From contig JAYOTP010000003.1 of assembly GCA_038150465.1 (NCBI GenBank), positions 46,123 to 110,122 on the forward strand: a stretch of DNA of 64,000 nt, given 5' to 3'. The position numbers and the translations under genes were made by a program. Source of the stretch: Flavobacteriia bacterium. Lineage in GTDB: Bacteria > Bacteroidota > Bacteroidia > Flavobacteriales > Schleiferiaceae. Positions 8,701 through 16,904 of the stretch are shown here, one piece after another; position 1 is the first letter of the stretch; each line of letters starts with the position of its first letter. Under the pieces are notes generated by a model. The model saw only the letters and a program-made list of their open reading frames with translations. It searched no databases and was not told the DNA's origin.

Positions 8701-11700
8701 TTCATTTGTCTCCGGCCAGATCTTCTCCGGAATGCTGGCGCCCCAGTTGGTGACCTTCATTGGGATCTCGTACTCGTAGTAGTTCTGATTGTAATCGCTG
8801 CCCAGACGCACGAAGATGCTGAGGTCGTTGTCGCGAAGCGGACGATTGTCTCCGGCCTCGGCGTGCACGAACATCTTCAGTCTTTTGAACATGCGCATGT
8901 CCATGCTCAGGTTTCGGAATACCGCCCGGGCATCACCATCCAAAAGCTCGCAGACCCGAAGAGAAAGCGATTGCTCGTTCTGCTGCTGCAGGGAGGCGGT
9001 GCCGAAGAGGACCTGTCGGTCGATCCCCGGAGGAAGGACGTAGGGGATCGGAGTTCGCGATCCGTTCTCTTCGAGATTCACCGCATTCACTTCAAAGACG
9101 GTGTTGCTGCCTTCATCGGTGGGTACATCTTCCCGGATCCCATCCAGGGAGAAGCGGTAGCGTCGCCATTCTCCGCGCACCAGATCCATCGCGGCGAAGC
9201 GCAGGACCACAGGCTGCTCAAAATCGGTCAGGAACATGCGCATGAAGCGAATGGAGCGGAAGTCATTGATCGGACCCACGCGTTTGTCGGGAAAGAAAAT
9301 GGGGATCTTGAACTGATACCAGGTGGCCGAGCCGATCTGCCCGTTGGGCAGCTCGATGCCCGTAGCGGTGAATCGGTCGGTGATGTGGTTCTGACCTACG
9401 ACCATGTCCTCGGGCCGGATGCTCACCTTGTACTGATAGTAGCTCTCCGTTTTGCTCATGGTCTGGTCCCGGTTCAGGTCCTCCATATCGGGCAGCTGAG
9501 TGGCCGACTGAGGGAAGCCGTTCACTTGCTGAGTGGAGGAGTTGTCCTGCGGGTTGTTGAAGAGTTTGTACCGATCCAGTATGCTGCCATTCGATGCGTC
9601 GTAGTCGGCGGAGAGGTAGTATTTGAAATTGTCTCCGGAAGGGTCTGCCGCTGCCGCCTGGTAGGCTCCTGTGCCCTGTCCGATATTGGCCGCGATCCGG
9701 CTCAGATAGCTGAGCGAACTGTCCACGGACCAGTTGGTTTCCTGTGCATCGTTGAGTCCATCCAGACCCACGTCCTGATTCACTCGAGAGGCCGGATTGT
9801 TGTCAAATGCGGCAACAAGCGGTTGGTTCCTTGGCACGTAACCCCAGACGGTCGAATCCACTACGGAGGGATCGCCTGTGGGCGACATTCCGTTTTCGAA
9901 CATCTGTCGTCCATCCTTCAAAATGTCTTCAGAGACCGAGCCCAGATTGAAATACAGATCGCCTCCTTTCAATGAAGGATCTTCCATGAAGGGATCCATG
10001 ATCCAGAATTGGATGTATTCGATGTTCTGCTCTTCAAAATTGTTGGTCTGCAGCGAACGCATGATCCCGCCCCAGCGCGATTCAGGTGAGCGCAAGGCGC
10101 CATCCTGGTCGATGCCCGCCGAATAGGCAGAGGGTGCCACATCGAAATTGTAGGGTCCGCGTTCAGCTGGATAATAGGCCACATCCATCATTGCGATGTT
10201 TCGCGGCTGCGAGGCATCCAGCTGCCGGTTGGGGTACACCTCACGCACCAGGACCTGCCGAACGTATTGCCCGGAGGTCTGATTCGGATCTCCTGAAATA
10301 TTGGAAGGCGTGTTGCCGTCGTTGTTGTAAAAGGTCGGGTCGATGGTGTACCAGGCCAGACGCGCTCGGTTGAAGTTGTAGGCGTTGGAGTTGTTCAGCA
10401 GCCCCTCAGAAAATAGCCCACCCTGCCCGGACGGCGTGCTCGCCAGCACCCATGCATTGGGGTTTCGGATGTCGATCATCGTCTGCGCACTCTCAAAGTC
10501 GTCGATGTAGGTGGTCGGTTCGTCACCGATGCGGATGCCTCTCGGCGAGCCTGGGATCAGGTGCGCCCATTCGCCCTGAAAGCTGATGTCCGAGGGTTCT
10601 TTGGTGTCCAGAAAGGGGATCCGGTCCACAAAACGCGTCAGATATGGGGCATCGTCATTGAACTGCCCATTGAGTCCGATCAGGGTGTTGGAGATGGGTT
10701 CTTCACCCAGATTGACCTTTTGCGTCAGCGGCCGCTCTGTGAGGTTCACTACGGTTGCTCCAAGATTGAGTTTGTCTGAGAATTTGTACTCGGCATCCAG
10801 CCCGACATAGGTCTTCGTCTGGAAATTGAACATGGCGTTGTTCTCAAAGTCCACCTTGATCGGCATCCCCGAAGCCAATATGCCGTCGTTGATGATCTTG
10901 ACACGGCCCAGAGTATAATCCACAGTGTAGTCGACATTTTCAGTCAACATCGTTCCGCCTGCGGTGACGCGGACACTTCCCTGTGGAACGTTGTAGGCGC
11001 CCAGCGGGATCTCGCTTCCGCCCGCCGACTTGTATTGCCCGCGCAGCAGGAATTTGTTGAGTTGCGTCTGATTCTGTGCCTTGAATCGGGTAGAATCGTA
11101 CAGTTCCTGAAAGACATAACGCTCTCGGTCCTGCGGATCGGTCAGCTTGTTGGTCAGGTTCGAACCGAAGGGTTCGAGTACCGGGAAGATGATGCGTCCG
11201 TTCTGAGGGAAGATGGTGCGGTTGGGGATGAAATCGAAGAAACCGTCTCCGCCCGGAACCGGATCGTTGTTGTTGTTGAGTTTGTCCACGTCCATCACCC
11301 GGATCAGCAATTGATCGTTCAGGTTGCCCTTGGGCAGAAAGGGAATGGGCACCCCGGTCTCGTCGTTCATGTAGAGCACGTGCAGGCGGAAGTCCTCCTG
11401 ATTCAACTGATAGGCATTCAGACTGTAGACGTTTTTCATCATCAGATCCCAGATCGGGGTCTTGACGTTGAGGATGGCGCTCTTGAGCATCTTGGTCACC
11501 AGGGTCTGTGGCGCATTGATCCCGTCGTTGGAAAATTCACCGACCTGATAGATCCGGCCGTTCATGGTGTACTGGAAGGCCACGGCCAGCACTTCATCCT
11601 GATTCAGCGCTTGGTTCAGTGTGATGAAACCGAGCTGTGGATCGAAGCGGTATTCATTCGGATTCAGTTTGCGGGCATTGGCCAGTTCAATGAATTCAGT

Positions 11701-13053
11701 GGCTTCCTCATAGCCGGCCGAGTTCAGCAGGGCGTTGGCCTGAGAGATGTCGCGAATGCCGGGCAGATCCTGAGACAGACTGGTCGGGTTCAGTCGGTTG
11801 TTGCCGTTGGTGGGCGGGGTGCTGTTCTCCGGATTGGGGCTTGGCCCGGGAAAGATGGATGGACCGGGGAGGGCATTGGCTGAATTCCGGTAAGATCCGT
11901 TCTCATTCTCTCCAAGGTCCATGAAGGCCAGGATGTTGCGAACGTTCTGGGTGGAATTTCGCCGGTTGGTCACCCAGACCTCGATACGCGTGATCTGTAT
12001 TTGTGAGGTGATGATCGGCAGGTTCCTCAGGGCACGTTCGTAGTTGTTGCGGAAGTATTGGCTCAGGAAGTAGTGCCTGTTGGCCTCGTACTGATCGCCC
12101 CAGACTTCGAAGTCCGTAGCCGTGGAGCCGCCCTGTACATTGATGGAATTCGACTGGCTGCGCTGTTCAGAGAAAACCCCCGTGAGTGTCAGTTTGCCGA
12201 ACTGGAATTGCCCCTTGATCCCGAACAGGCTTTGCGCTCCCTGTATCAAACTGTTGGAAGTGGGCAGGCTGACATTGCCCAGTTCGATCTTCTTGATGAT
12301 GTCGTCTTCCTGACCTTCGAACTCCAGCTTCATGGTGTTCTCAAAGGCGAAGGTGGCCTCGGTGTCGTAGTTGGTCTTCAGTTTCAGGCGTTCGCCGATC
12401 TTCCCTGTGACATTCATTTGAATGCGCTGATCGAAATTGAAGTTGAAGATCTTCTGATTGACCACCGGAAGGTTGGGGTTCTTGATCCGCTGAAAGCGCA
12501 GACCGAAGGTCAGTTCTGCAGATCCCTGAGGCGTGATCTGGATCACATTCGATCCAAAGACCGTGGCGAAAAGACGGCTGTTCACATTGATGTCTGGGAT
12601 CAGACTCTTCATATCCGATCTTCCATCCGAGTCTTTTGTCGTTGTTCCAAGTCCATCGTCAACTGAACCCGGACCCGAGCCTGTTTTGCTGCCCCAGTAG
12701 TTGCGCATCTGCTCATCAAAAACAAAAGCCCGATACTCTTCGGGCGTCATCAGCATGGGTGGAGAGATGATCAGGTCACCGATCTTCCGCGTCACCACAT
12801 ATTGGCCGGTCACCGGGTCGTAGAGCACATCGAGCGAGCCGGGCGTTTTCAGGAACAGACCGCCGCTCTGCCCACCCGTAAATGGATAGGGGAGGTCCTC
12901 TGAAGGATCATTGGTATCCGGAGGCGCCCAGTGGGCTTGCATTTTTCCCAGAGGCATGCGTTCCAGTTCCCTGCCAGGGACAAAGGACATGCTGAGGATC
13001 AGAATGATCCCGAGACAAAGCGAATGGAACCAAGGGAAGTTCGATCGGCCCAC
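5713..13053 (-). CDS. sprA: type IX secretion system translocon / gliding motility protein SprA
   Basis: Single 2446-aa ORF with a signal-like N-terminus and beta-rich composition throughout. Its size and its position in the ruvA-sprA-gcvH synteny are characteristic of SprA (Sov). Confidence 0.9.
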   Translation of the reverse strand: MGRSNFPWFHSLCLGIILILSMSFVPGRELERMPLGKMQAHWAPPDTNDPSEDLPYPFTGGQSGGLFLKTPGSLDVLYDPVTGQYVVTRKIGDLIISPPMLMTPEEYRAFVFDEQMRNYWGSKTGSGPGSVDDGLGTTTKDSDGRSDMKSLIPDINVNSRLFATVFGSNVIQITPQGSAELTFGLRFQRIKNPNLPVVNQKIFNFNFDQRIQMNVTGKIGERLKLKTNYDTEATFAFENTMKLEFEGQEDDIIKKIELGNVSLPTSNSLIQGAQSLFGIKGQFQFGKLTLTGVFSEQRSQSNSINVQGGSTATDFEVWGDQYEANRHYFLSQYFRNNYERALRNLPIITSQIQITRIEVWVTNRRNSTQNVRNILAFMDLGENENGSYRNSANALPGPSIFPGPSPNPENSTPPTNGNNRLNPTSLSQDLPGIRDISQANALLNSAGYEEATEFIELANARKLNPNEYRFDPQLGFITLNQALNQDEVLAVAFQYTMNGRIYQVGEFSNDGINAPQTLVTKMLKSAILNVKTPIWDLMMKNVYSLNAYQLNQEDFRLHVLYMNDETGVPIPFLPKGNLNDQLLIRVMDVDKLNNNNDPVPGGDGFFDFIPNRTIFPQNGRIIFPVLEPFGSNLTNKLTDPQDRERYVFQELYDSTRFKAQNQTQLNKFLLRGQYKSAGGSEIPLGAYNVPQGSVRVTAGGTMLTENVDYTVDYTLGRVKIINDGILASGMPIKVDFENNAMFNFQTKTYVGLDAEYKFSDKLNLGATVVNLTERPLTQKVNLGEEPISNTLIGLNGQFNDDAPYLTRFVDRIPFLDTKEPSDISFQGEWAHLIPGSPRGIRIGDEPTTYIDDFESAQTMIDIRNPNAWVLASTPSGQGGLFSEGLLNNSNAYNFNRARLAWYTIDPTFYNNDGNTPSNISGDPNQTSGQYVRQVLVREVYPNRQLDASQPRNIAMMDVAYYPAERGPYNFDVAPSAYSAGIDQDGALRSPESRWGGIMRSLQTNNFEEQNIEYIQFWIMDPFMEDPSLKGGDLYFNLGSVSEDILKDGRQMFENGMSPTGDPSVVDSTVWGYVPRNQPLVAAFDNNPASRVNQDVGLDGLNDAQETNWSVDSSLSYLSRIAANIGQGTGAYQAAAADPSGDNFKYYLSADYDASNGSILDRYKLFNNPQDNSSTQQVNGFPQSATQLPDMEDLNRDQTMSKTESYYQYKVSIRPEDMVVGQNHITDRFTATGIELPNGQIGSATWYQFKIPIFFPDKRVGPINDFRSIRFMRMFLTDFEQPVVLRFAAMDLVRGEWRRYRFSLDGIREDVPTDEGSNTVFEVNAVNLEENGSRTPIPYVLPPGIDRQVLFGTASLQQQNEQSLSLRVCELLDGDARAVFRNLSMDMRMFKRLKMFVHAEAGDNRPLRDNDLSIFVRLGSDYNQNYYEYEIPMKVTNWGASIPEKIWPETNEFNFDFNDLKDTKLERDQKIRDNPNLGINDRFTLNRDGRSISVIGAPNLSNIRTIMIGIRNPKKQISGDGDDGLSKCAEVWINELRLTDFDQRGGWAANARMTAKLADFGNVALSGRMSTLGFGTLDQGPTERQQETIYGYDLQSNFELGKFFGESARLRIPFYFGIAEEWKDPMFNPLDPDIEFDDALANLETNEERQKLKQITQDYTQRRGINFTNVGRNRDPGSKRPPQVYDVENFTVGYSFNEQFRRDINTEFDRRIDHKANFQYQYQTKPESVEPFYEVPLFQSDWWALLRDFNFYFYPSSFTFRTEVNRMYQENKQRNTDNLSFELPTTYNKAFTMRRQYDLAWNLTKAITFDYTATANTRVDELYGPASADSVQASIKESFWAGGRPTQFQQSVNLSYQLPFDKLPATDWITSDVRYAGTLNWMTNSQVALNAASDTLRLGSTVQNSATINGSAQLNFVNLYNKIPYLQKINGQGMGRRNSRGPVRRRMPRGGPSDDKQEEQDSTKESVAEKILKGMLRVGMGLRSVSGTYQLTEGTGLPGFLPRPEHFGTSPGNNWAPGFGFAMGLQPPDDLSENDVRVQAARNGWLTTSPYQNNPFTRTRSESMNLRAQVEPWQDLRIDITATLSDAENMNSFWRFDENLDNFTEQNKNVTGNYNISFFAIPTAWDRSSAPLYSSKVFQQFLDNRMEISRRLAQDRAARDPNYAAEIIGSADSTNFGYDGYSLISQNVLIPAFLAAYTGNDASNYGLEWKKRVPIPNWSVSYDGLMKYAWFRDQFQTFTLSHTYSSTYSVQSYTTNLAYMDSLLAQPGSNPRNINGDFMFETLINQISLTEQFSPLIGVNVRMKNSVSVRFDYKMDRNIGLSLSNNQVSEIKGVEYVVGLGYIIKDIRFNFIRVGAAKKAVQSNLELKVDLSIRDNITVVRRIVENLDQVNAGQRIVNIKFSADYVLTPRVTAKFFYDHNISEYKISTAFPTSNVNAGISVRLNLGQ

Positions 13054-13058
13054 CTGAT

Positions 13059-13634
13059 CTATAGATTTTGCAAGGCCTTTTTGATCAGGCCCTCCACCTC
13101 TTCATCGGGTTGTTCCTGACGAACCTTTTGCAGGGCTTTCTCCGCCGCCTGACGATTGTACCCCAAGACCACCAAAGCCTGCAGGGCTTCGGCCATTGGA
13201 TCGGCCGGACCAGAGGTCGTCAGGGCAAAGTCCTCGGCCGTGACTTTGTCGCGCAGGTCCACGATCAGTCGCTGAGCGGTCTTGGCACCGACGCCTTTCA
13301 CCGATTTGAAGGTCATCACATCACCGGACTGGATCGCAGAATTCACCTCTGAGGCACTGAGCGAGGAAAGGATGAGACGCGCTGTATTCGGCCCGATGCC
13401 CGAAACGGACAAGAGCAAACGGAACACTTTGCGCTCGGCTTTCGCCGTGAATCCAAAGAGCAGTTGGGCATCTTCCCGATAGACAGGATGCACATAGATG
13501 AGCTTTTCTTCGCCCTCGATCAATTCGCCATAGGTCTGCAGGCTGATGTGCAGCGCATAGCCGACGCCGGCACATTCCACGATGGCTTCCGCCGGACTCA
13601 GATCCGTTATGGTCCCTCTTAGGTAATCGAACAT
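13059..13634 (-). CDS. ruvA: Holliday junction branch migration protein RuvA
   Basis: Start set at the internal ATG (CAT at 13632..13634), giving MFDYLRGTITDLSPAEAIVECAGVGYALHISLQTY, the canonical RuvA N-terminus. HhH region: SVSGIGPNTARLILS and VKGVGAKTAQRLI. The 115-codon upstream extension in the track is rejected. Confidence 0.9.
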   Translation of the reverse strand: MFDYLRGTITDLSPAEAIVECAGVGYALHISLQTYGELIEGEEKLIYVHPVYREDAQLLFGFTAKAERKVFRLLLSVSGIGPNTARLILSSLSASEVNSAIQSGDVMTFKSVKGVGAKTAQRLIVDLRDKVTAEDFALTTSGPADPMAEALQALVVLGYNRQAAEKALQKVRQEQPDEEVEGLIKKALQNL

Positions 13635-13670
13635 CAGGTCAGGTCTTGGTTCGGACCATTGATGAAACGC

Positions 13671-13678
13671 CAAAAATA
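13671..13678 (-). promoter_or_regulatory. candidate Bacteroidota -7 promoter box (TATTTTTG) for ruvA-sprA
   Basis: CAAAAATA on the + strand reads TATTTTTG on the minus strand, matching TAnnTTTG, 36 nt upstream of the ruvA ATG in an AT-rich divergent intergenic region. Confidence 0.5.
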
Positions 13679-13865
13679 GAACAATCATATACGGAGTGTG
13701 AAAAATTAAAACATTGAGCATCAGTAAGCTACATCGAGCCTGAGGTGCTGGTTGAGAATTGGAGGCTGGAAGACGTCTTTTTTCTGGCGTGAATGATCCA
13801 TTTGCCTCTCGCACCATTGGTCTATTTTTCATTGCACTTCCCTGCTGATTGTACCTTCGCCGAGA

Positions 13866-14840
13866 ATGGCGCAGATCGATGCGATACGGGGCCCGGTAGA
13901 GGCCGACATGAAGCAGTTTGATGAGGTCTTCAAGAAAGCCCTTTCCAGCCAGGTGCCCATGCTCGATCACATCACGCATTACCTCACCCGCAGGAAGGGC
14001 AAGCAGCTAAGGCCCATGCTCGTCTTCCTGTGCAACCGCTTGCATGGAGAAGTAACGGAGGGCACCCACCGTGGAGCCGCTTTCATTGAGATGATCCACA
14101 CAGCCACACTCGTGCACGACGATGTAGTGGACGATGCCAATATGCGCCGGGGTTTTTTCAGTCTCAATGCCTTATGGAAGAATAAGATCGCCGTGCTGAT
14201 CGGCGATTACCTCCTGGCAAAAGGTCAGTTGCTGGTCACCGGGAACAAGGAATACGAGACCCTTTCGCTGGTATCCGATGCCGTCCGAATGATGAGTGAG
14301 GGCGAGCTATTGCAGATCGAAAAAGCGCGTCGGCTGGATATCGACGAATCGGTCTATTACGACATCATCGAGCGAAAGACCGCCTCCCTGATCGCTACCT
14401 GTTGTGCCGTGGGCGCAAACTGCGGGGGCGGAAGCGAAGAAGAGGTGGATCGGATGCGGCAGTTCGGAACGCGTCTTGGTATTGCCTTTCAGATCAAGGA
14501 CGATCTATTCGATTATCAGGTCGTGAACCGATCGGGAAAACCCAGCGGCATTGACATCAAGGAACAAAAGATGACCCTGCCTCTGATCCATGCCCTGGCC
14601 CAGTCAAAAGCATCACAGCGCAGGAAGATCATACGCACCATCAAGAAAGATCATCGGGACCCGAAAAAAGTGGCCGAGGTGGTGGACTTCGTCAACTCGA
14701 GTGGTGGCATCGCTTACGCCGAAGAGGCCATGAAGCGCTATCGTGACGAAGCCATTGAACTCCTCATGCACTTTGAAGAGTCTCCTGTCCGAAATGCACT
14801 CGAGGCCCTGGTCCATTACGTGATCGAGCGCAAGAAGTAA
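13866..14840 (+). CDS. polyprenyl diphosphate synthase (long-chain trans-prenyltransferase, IspB-like)
   Basis: 324 aa with both Asp-rich motifs: LVHDDVVDDANMRRG and FQIKDDLFDY. Confidence 0.9.
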   Translation: MAQIDAIRGPVEADMKQFDEVFKKALSSQVPMLDHITHYLTRRKGKQLRPMLVFLCNRLHGEVTEGTHRGAAFIEMIHTATLVHDDVVDDANMRRGFFSLNALWKNKIAVLIGDYLLAKGQLLVTGNKEYETLSLVSDAVRMMSEGELLQIEKARRLDIDESVYYDIIERKTASLIATCCAVGANCGGGSEEEVDRMRQFGTRLGIAFQIKDDLFDYQVVNRSGKPSGIDIKEQKMTLPLIHALAQSKASQRRKIIRTIKKDHRDPKKVAEVVDFVNSSGGIAYAEEAMKRYRDEAIELLMHFEESPVRNALEALVHYVIERKK

Positions 14841-14872
14841 GGCGCGATGCCCGCACATCGGCGCAAGTTTTC
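14841..14872 (+). terminator. possible weak intrinsic terminator after the prenyl synthase gene
   Basis: GGCGCGATG-CCCGCA-CATCGGCGC stem with one bulge, followed by AAGTTTT. The T-run is short. Confidence 0.3.
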
Positions 14873-14915
14873 CACAGGTCTGCGATCGGTGGATGGAAGC
14901 GAATACCTTTGAGTC

Positions 14916-16901
14916 ATGTCCCGTATTTCAGAATCGACTGTGGCCAAGATCTTCGATGCAGCGCGCATAGAGGATGTCGTCGGTGATTTTGTTCAGCTCA
15001 AGAGATCGGGCTCCAATCTGAAGGGCTTGAGTCCCTTCACCAATGAGAAGACGCCTTCCTTTTTCGTCTCACCGGCCAAGCAGATCTTCAAGTGTTTCAG
15101 TTCCGGAAAAGGAGGCAGCGCCGTGAGTTTCCTCATGGAACTCGAGGCCATGACCTATCCGGAGGCACTCAGGTGGCTGGCCAAGCGATACCAGATCGAG
15201 ATCGAGGAACAGGAGCTGGACCCCGGACAGCAGGAAGCCGCTCATCTCAGGGAACGGCTGTACCTGATCCAGGACCTTGCGGCCAAGTACTACACGGACC
15301 AGCTTTGGCACACGGAGAAGGGTCGGGCGGTAGGACTTTCCTATTTCACAGAACGCGGCTTCGATTCGGAGACCATTCGCCTTTTCCAACTTGGTTTTTC
15401 TCCCGAGGAACGGGCCCCATTCACCGAGCATGCACTGGAAAAAGGGCATTCCTTGTCACTGGTTGAGAAAGCCGGACTGGTCCGGGTCAATGAAAGGGGA
15501 AATACCGATCTCTTCCGCGGCCGGGTGATCTTTCCCATCCATGGCCTGACCGGGCGCATCCTGGGCTTTGGTGGCCGGATCCTGCGCAAGGATGTGAAAG
15601 CACCGAAATATGTGAACTCCCCTGAAACGGAGATCTACCACAAGAGCCGCGTGCTCTATGGTCTGTATCAGTCCAAGAAAGCCATCATTCAGGCGCAGAA
15701 GTGTCTGATGGTCGAGGGCTATACCGATGTTCTTTCCATGCATCAGGCGGGCATTCAGAATGTGGTGGCCACTTCCGGGACGGCCCTCACGCCGGAACAG
15801 ATCAGTTTGGTACAACGCCTGACGGAAAACATCACATTCCTCTTTGACGGCGATCCGGCAGGGATCCGTGCCTCACTTCGCGGCATCGATATGGTGCTCA
15901 AGCAGGGCATGAACGTTCGGGTGGCACTTCTGCCCGATGGAGACGATCCAGACAGTTTTGCCAAGAAAAAGGGGAGGGAAGGGCTGAACGAGTTCCTCAA
16001 GAACCACGAGCAGGACTTTATCCGCTTCCGATGCGATCTGCTCAAGGAGGAAGCCCAGGACGATCCCATAGTCAAGAGTCGGCTGGTGCAGGATCTTGTC
16101 GGAAGCATTGCTTTGATCCCGCAGGCGATCACACGCGATATGTACATCCGCTTGGCTGCAAGGGAAACCGATACGCGGGAGGAATTGCTGCAACAGGAGC
16201 TGGCATCGGCCCTGCAACGCCATTCCCGGGAGGAAGAGCGCGCAAGAAAGCGGGAATCGGCTCGTCAGCAGCGAGAGGGAAAGACCCAAACAGAGCCGCT
16301 TGAAGCGACCGAGACCTCTGCTCAGGACACCGCCGAAGACGGACAGTATTTCATCGAGCGTGAGATCTTACGCCTCATGCTCAACCATGGGCACAAGTTG
16401 ATCGAGGTGGAAGTGGAACCTGAAGAGGGAGAAGCCGCAGCTGAAGATGCGCCAAAGATGACCGAAAAGCTCAGTTTGGTGCAGCACATGCTCGAGGAGT
16501 TGTACAACGAAGACCATCCGCTCACTTTTCACCATCCCGTCTACGCGCGGGTGCTCACAGGCATCCGGGAAGCGTGGGAGGCCGGCAAGGAGATCAAGAC
16601 CATCGAGGATCTTCTGCACCGTGAAGAGGGCGTGGAAGAAGTAGTGGCCGATCTGCTCTTTGAACGACACAAAATGAGCAATTGGCAGCGCAAGGAAGTT
16701 TACGTGACCAACTTCGACAGCATGCTCGGTCAGGCGGCCGAAGATTGTTTGCTTCGCCTGTGGAAGCGCGATCTCCACGATCAGGAAGAGCTCAATGCAG
16801 CTGAGTTGTCCGGTGAGGATTCACTTCAGGCCCTCAAGCGACAGAAGTACCTGAATCAGCAGCGCAAGGAGATCGCCAAGAAGCTCTATCAGGTTGTTTG
16901 A
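14916..16901 (+). CDS. dnaG: DNA primase
   Basis: 661 aa: N-terminal zinc-binding-region context (SPFTNEKTPSFFVSPAKQIFKCFSSGKGG) and TOPRIM (MVEGYTDVLSMHQAG ... FLFDGDPAG). Confidence 0.95.
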   Translation: MSRISESTVAKIFDAARIEDVVGDFVQLKRSGSNLKGLSPFTNEKTPSFFVSPAKQIFKCFSSGKGGSAVSFLMELEAMTYPEALRWLAKRYQIEIEEQELDPGQQEAAHLRERLYLIQDLAAKYYTDQLWHTEKGRAVGLSYFTERGFDSETIRLFQLGFSPEERAPFTEHALEKGHSLSLVEKAGLVRVNERGNTDLFRGRVIFPIHGLTGRILGFGGRILRKDVKAPKYVNSPETEIYHKSRVLYGLYQSKKAIIQAQKCLMVEGYTDVLSMHQAGIQNVVATSGTALTPEQISLVQRLTENITFLFDGDPAGIRASLRGIDMVLKQGMNVRVALLPDGDDPDSFAKKKGREGLNEFLKNHEQDFIRFRCDLLKEEAQDDPIVKSRLVQDLVGSIALIPQAITRDMYIRLAARETDTREELLQQELASALQRHSREEERARKRESARQQREGKTQTEPLEATETSAQDTAEDGQYFIEREILRLMLNHGHKLIEVEVEPEEGEAAAEDAPKMTEKLSLVQHMLEELYNEDHPLTFHHPVYARVLTGIREAWEAGKEIKTIEDLLHREEGVEEVVADLLFERHKMSNWQRKEVYVTNFDSMLGQAAEDCLLRLWKRDLHDQEELNAAELSGEDSLQALKRQKYLNQQRKEIAKKLYQVV

Positions 16902-16904
16902 AGT

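Noticed and set aside
8863-9975. 370-aa + strand ORF inside sprA (also 11035..11883, 7561..8277, 12058..12666)
   Set aside because: All are antisense to the continuous 2446-aa sprA frame and have repetitive, low-complexity translations. There is no independent start or promoter evidence.
13740-13790. Wobble-rich hairpin GCTGGAAGAC/GTCTTTTTTCTGGC in the ruvA-prenyl synthase divergent region
   Set aside because: It folds only with three G-U pairs on the + strand, there is no upstream + strand gene to terminate, and it has no recognisable RNA-family features. It is likely incidental in an AT-rich promoter region.
13635-13979. In-frame N-terminal extensions offered by the ORF track (ruvA here; also fabD 23000..23050, serS 35049..35111, TPM 41799..41948, porin 46674..46805, rnhB 54501..54719, crcB 56010..56159, fumC 62178..62231)
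   Set aside because: The canonical family N-termini begin at internal ATG codons. The extensions overlap upstream genes or promoter regions and encode Arg/Ser/Pro-rich sequence unlike the homologues.
14904-14911. TACCTTTG box immediately upstream of dnaG
   Set aside because: It matches TAnnTTTG but ends only 4 nt before the ATG. Transcription would then start inside or after the start codon, while the DnaG N-terminus clearly begins at 14916. It is probably a chance match, or a promoter for a leaderless transcript that I cannot support.
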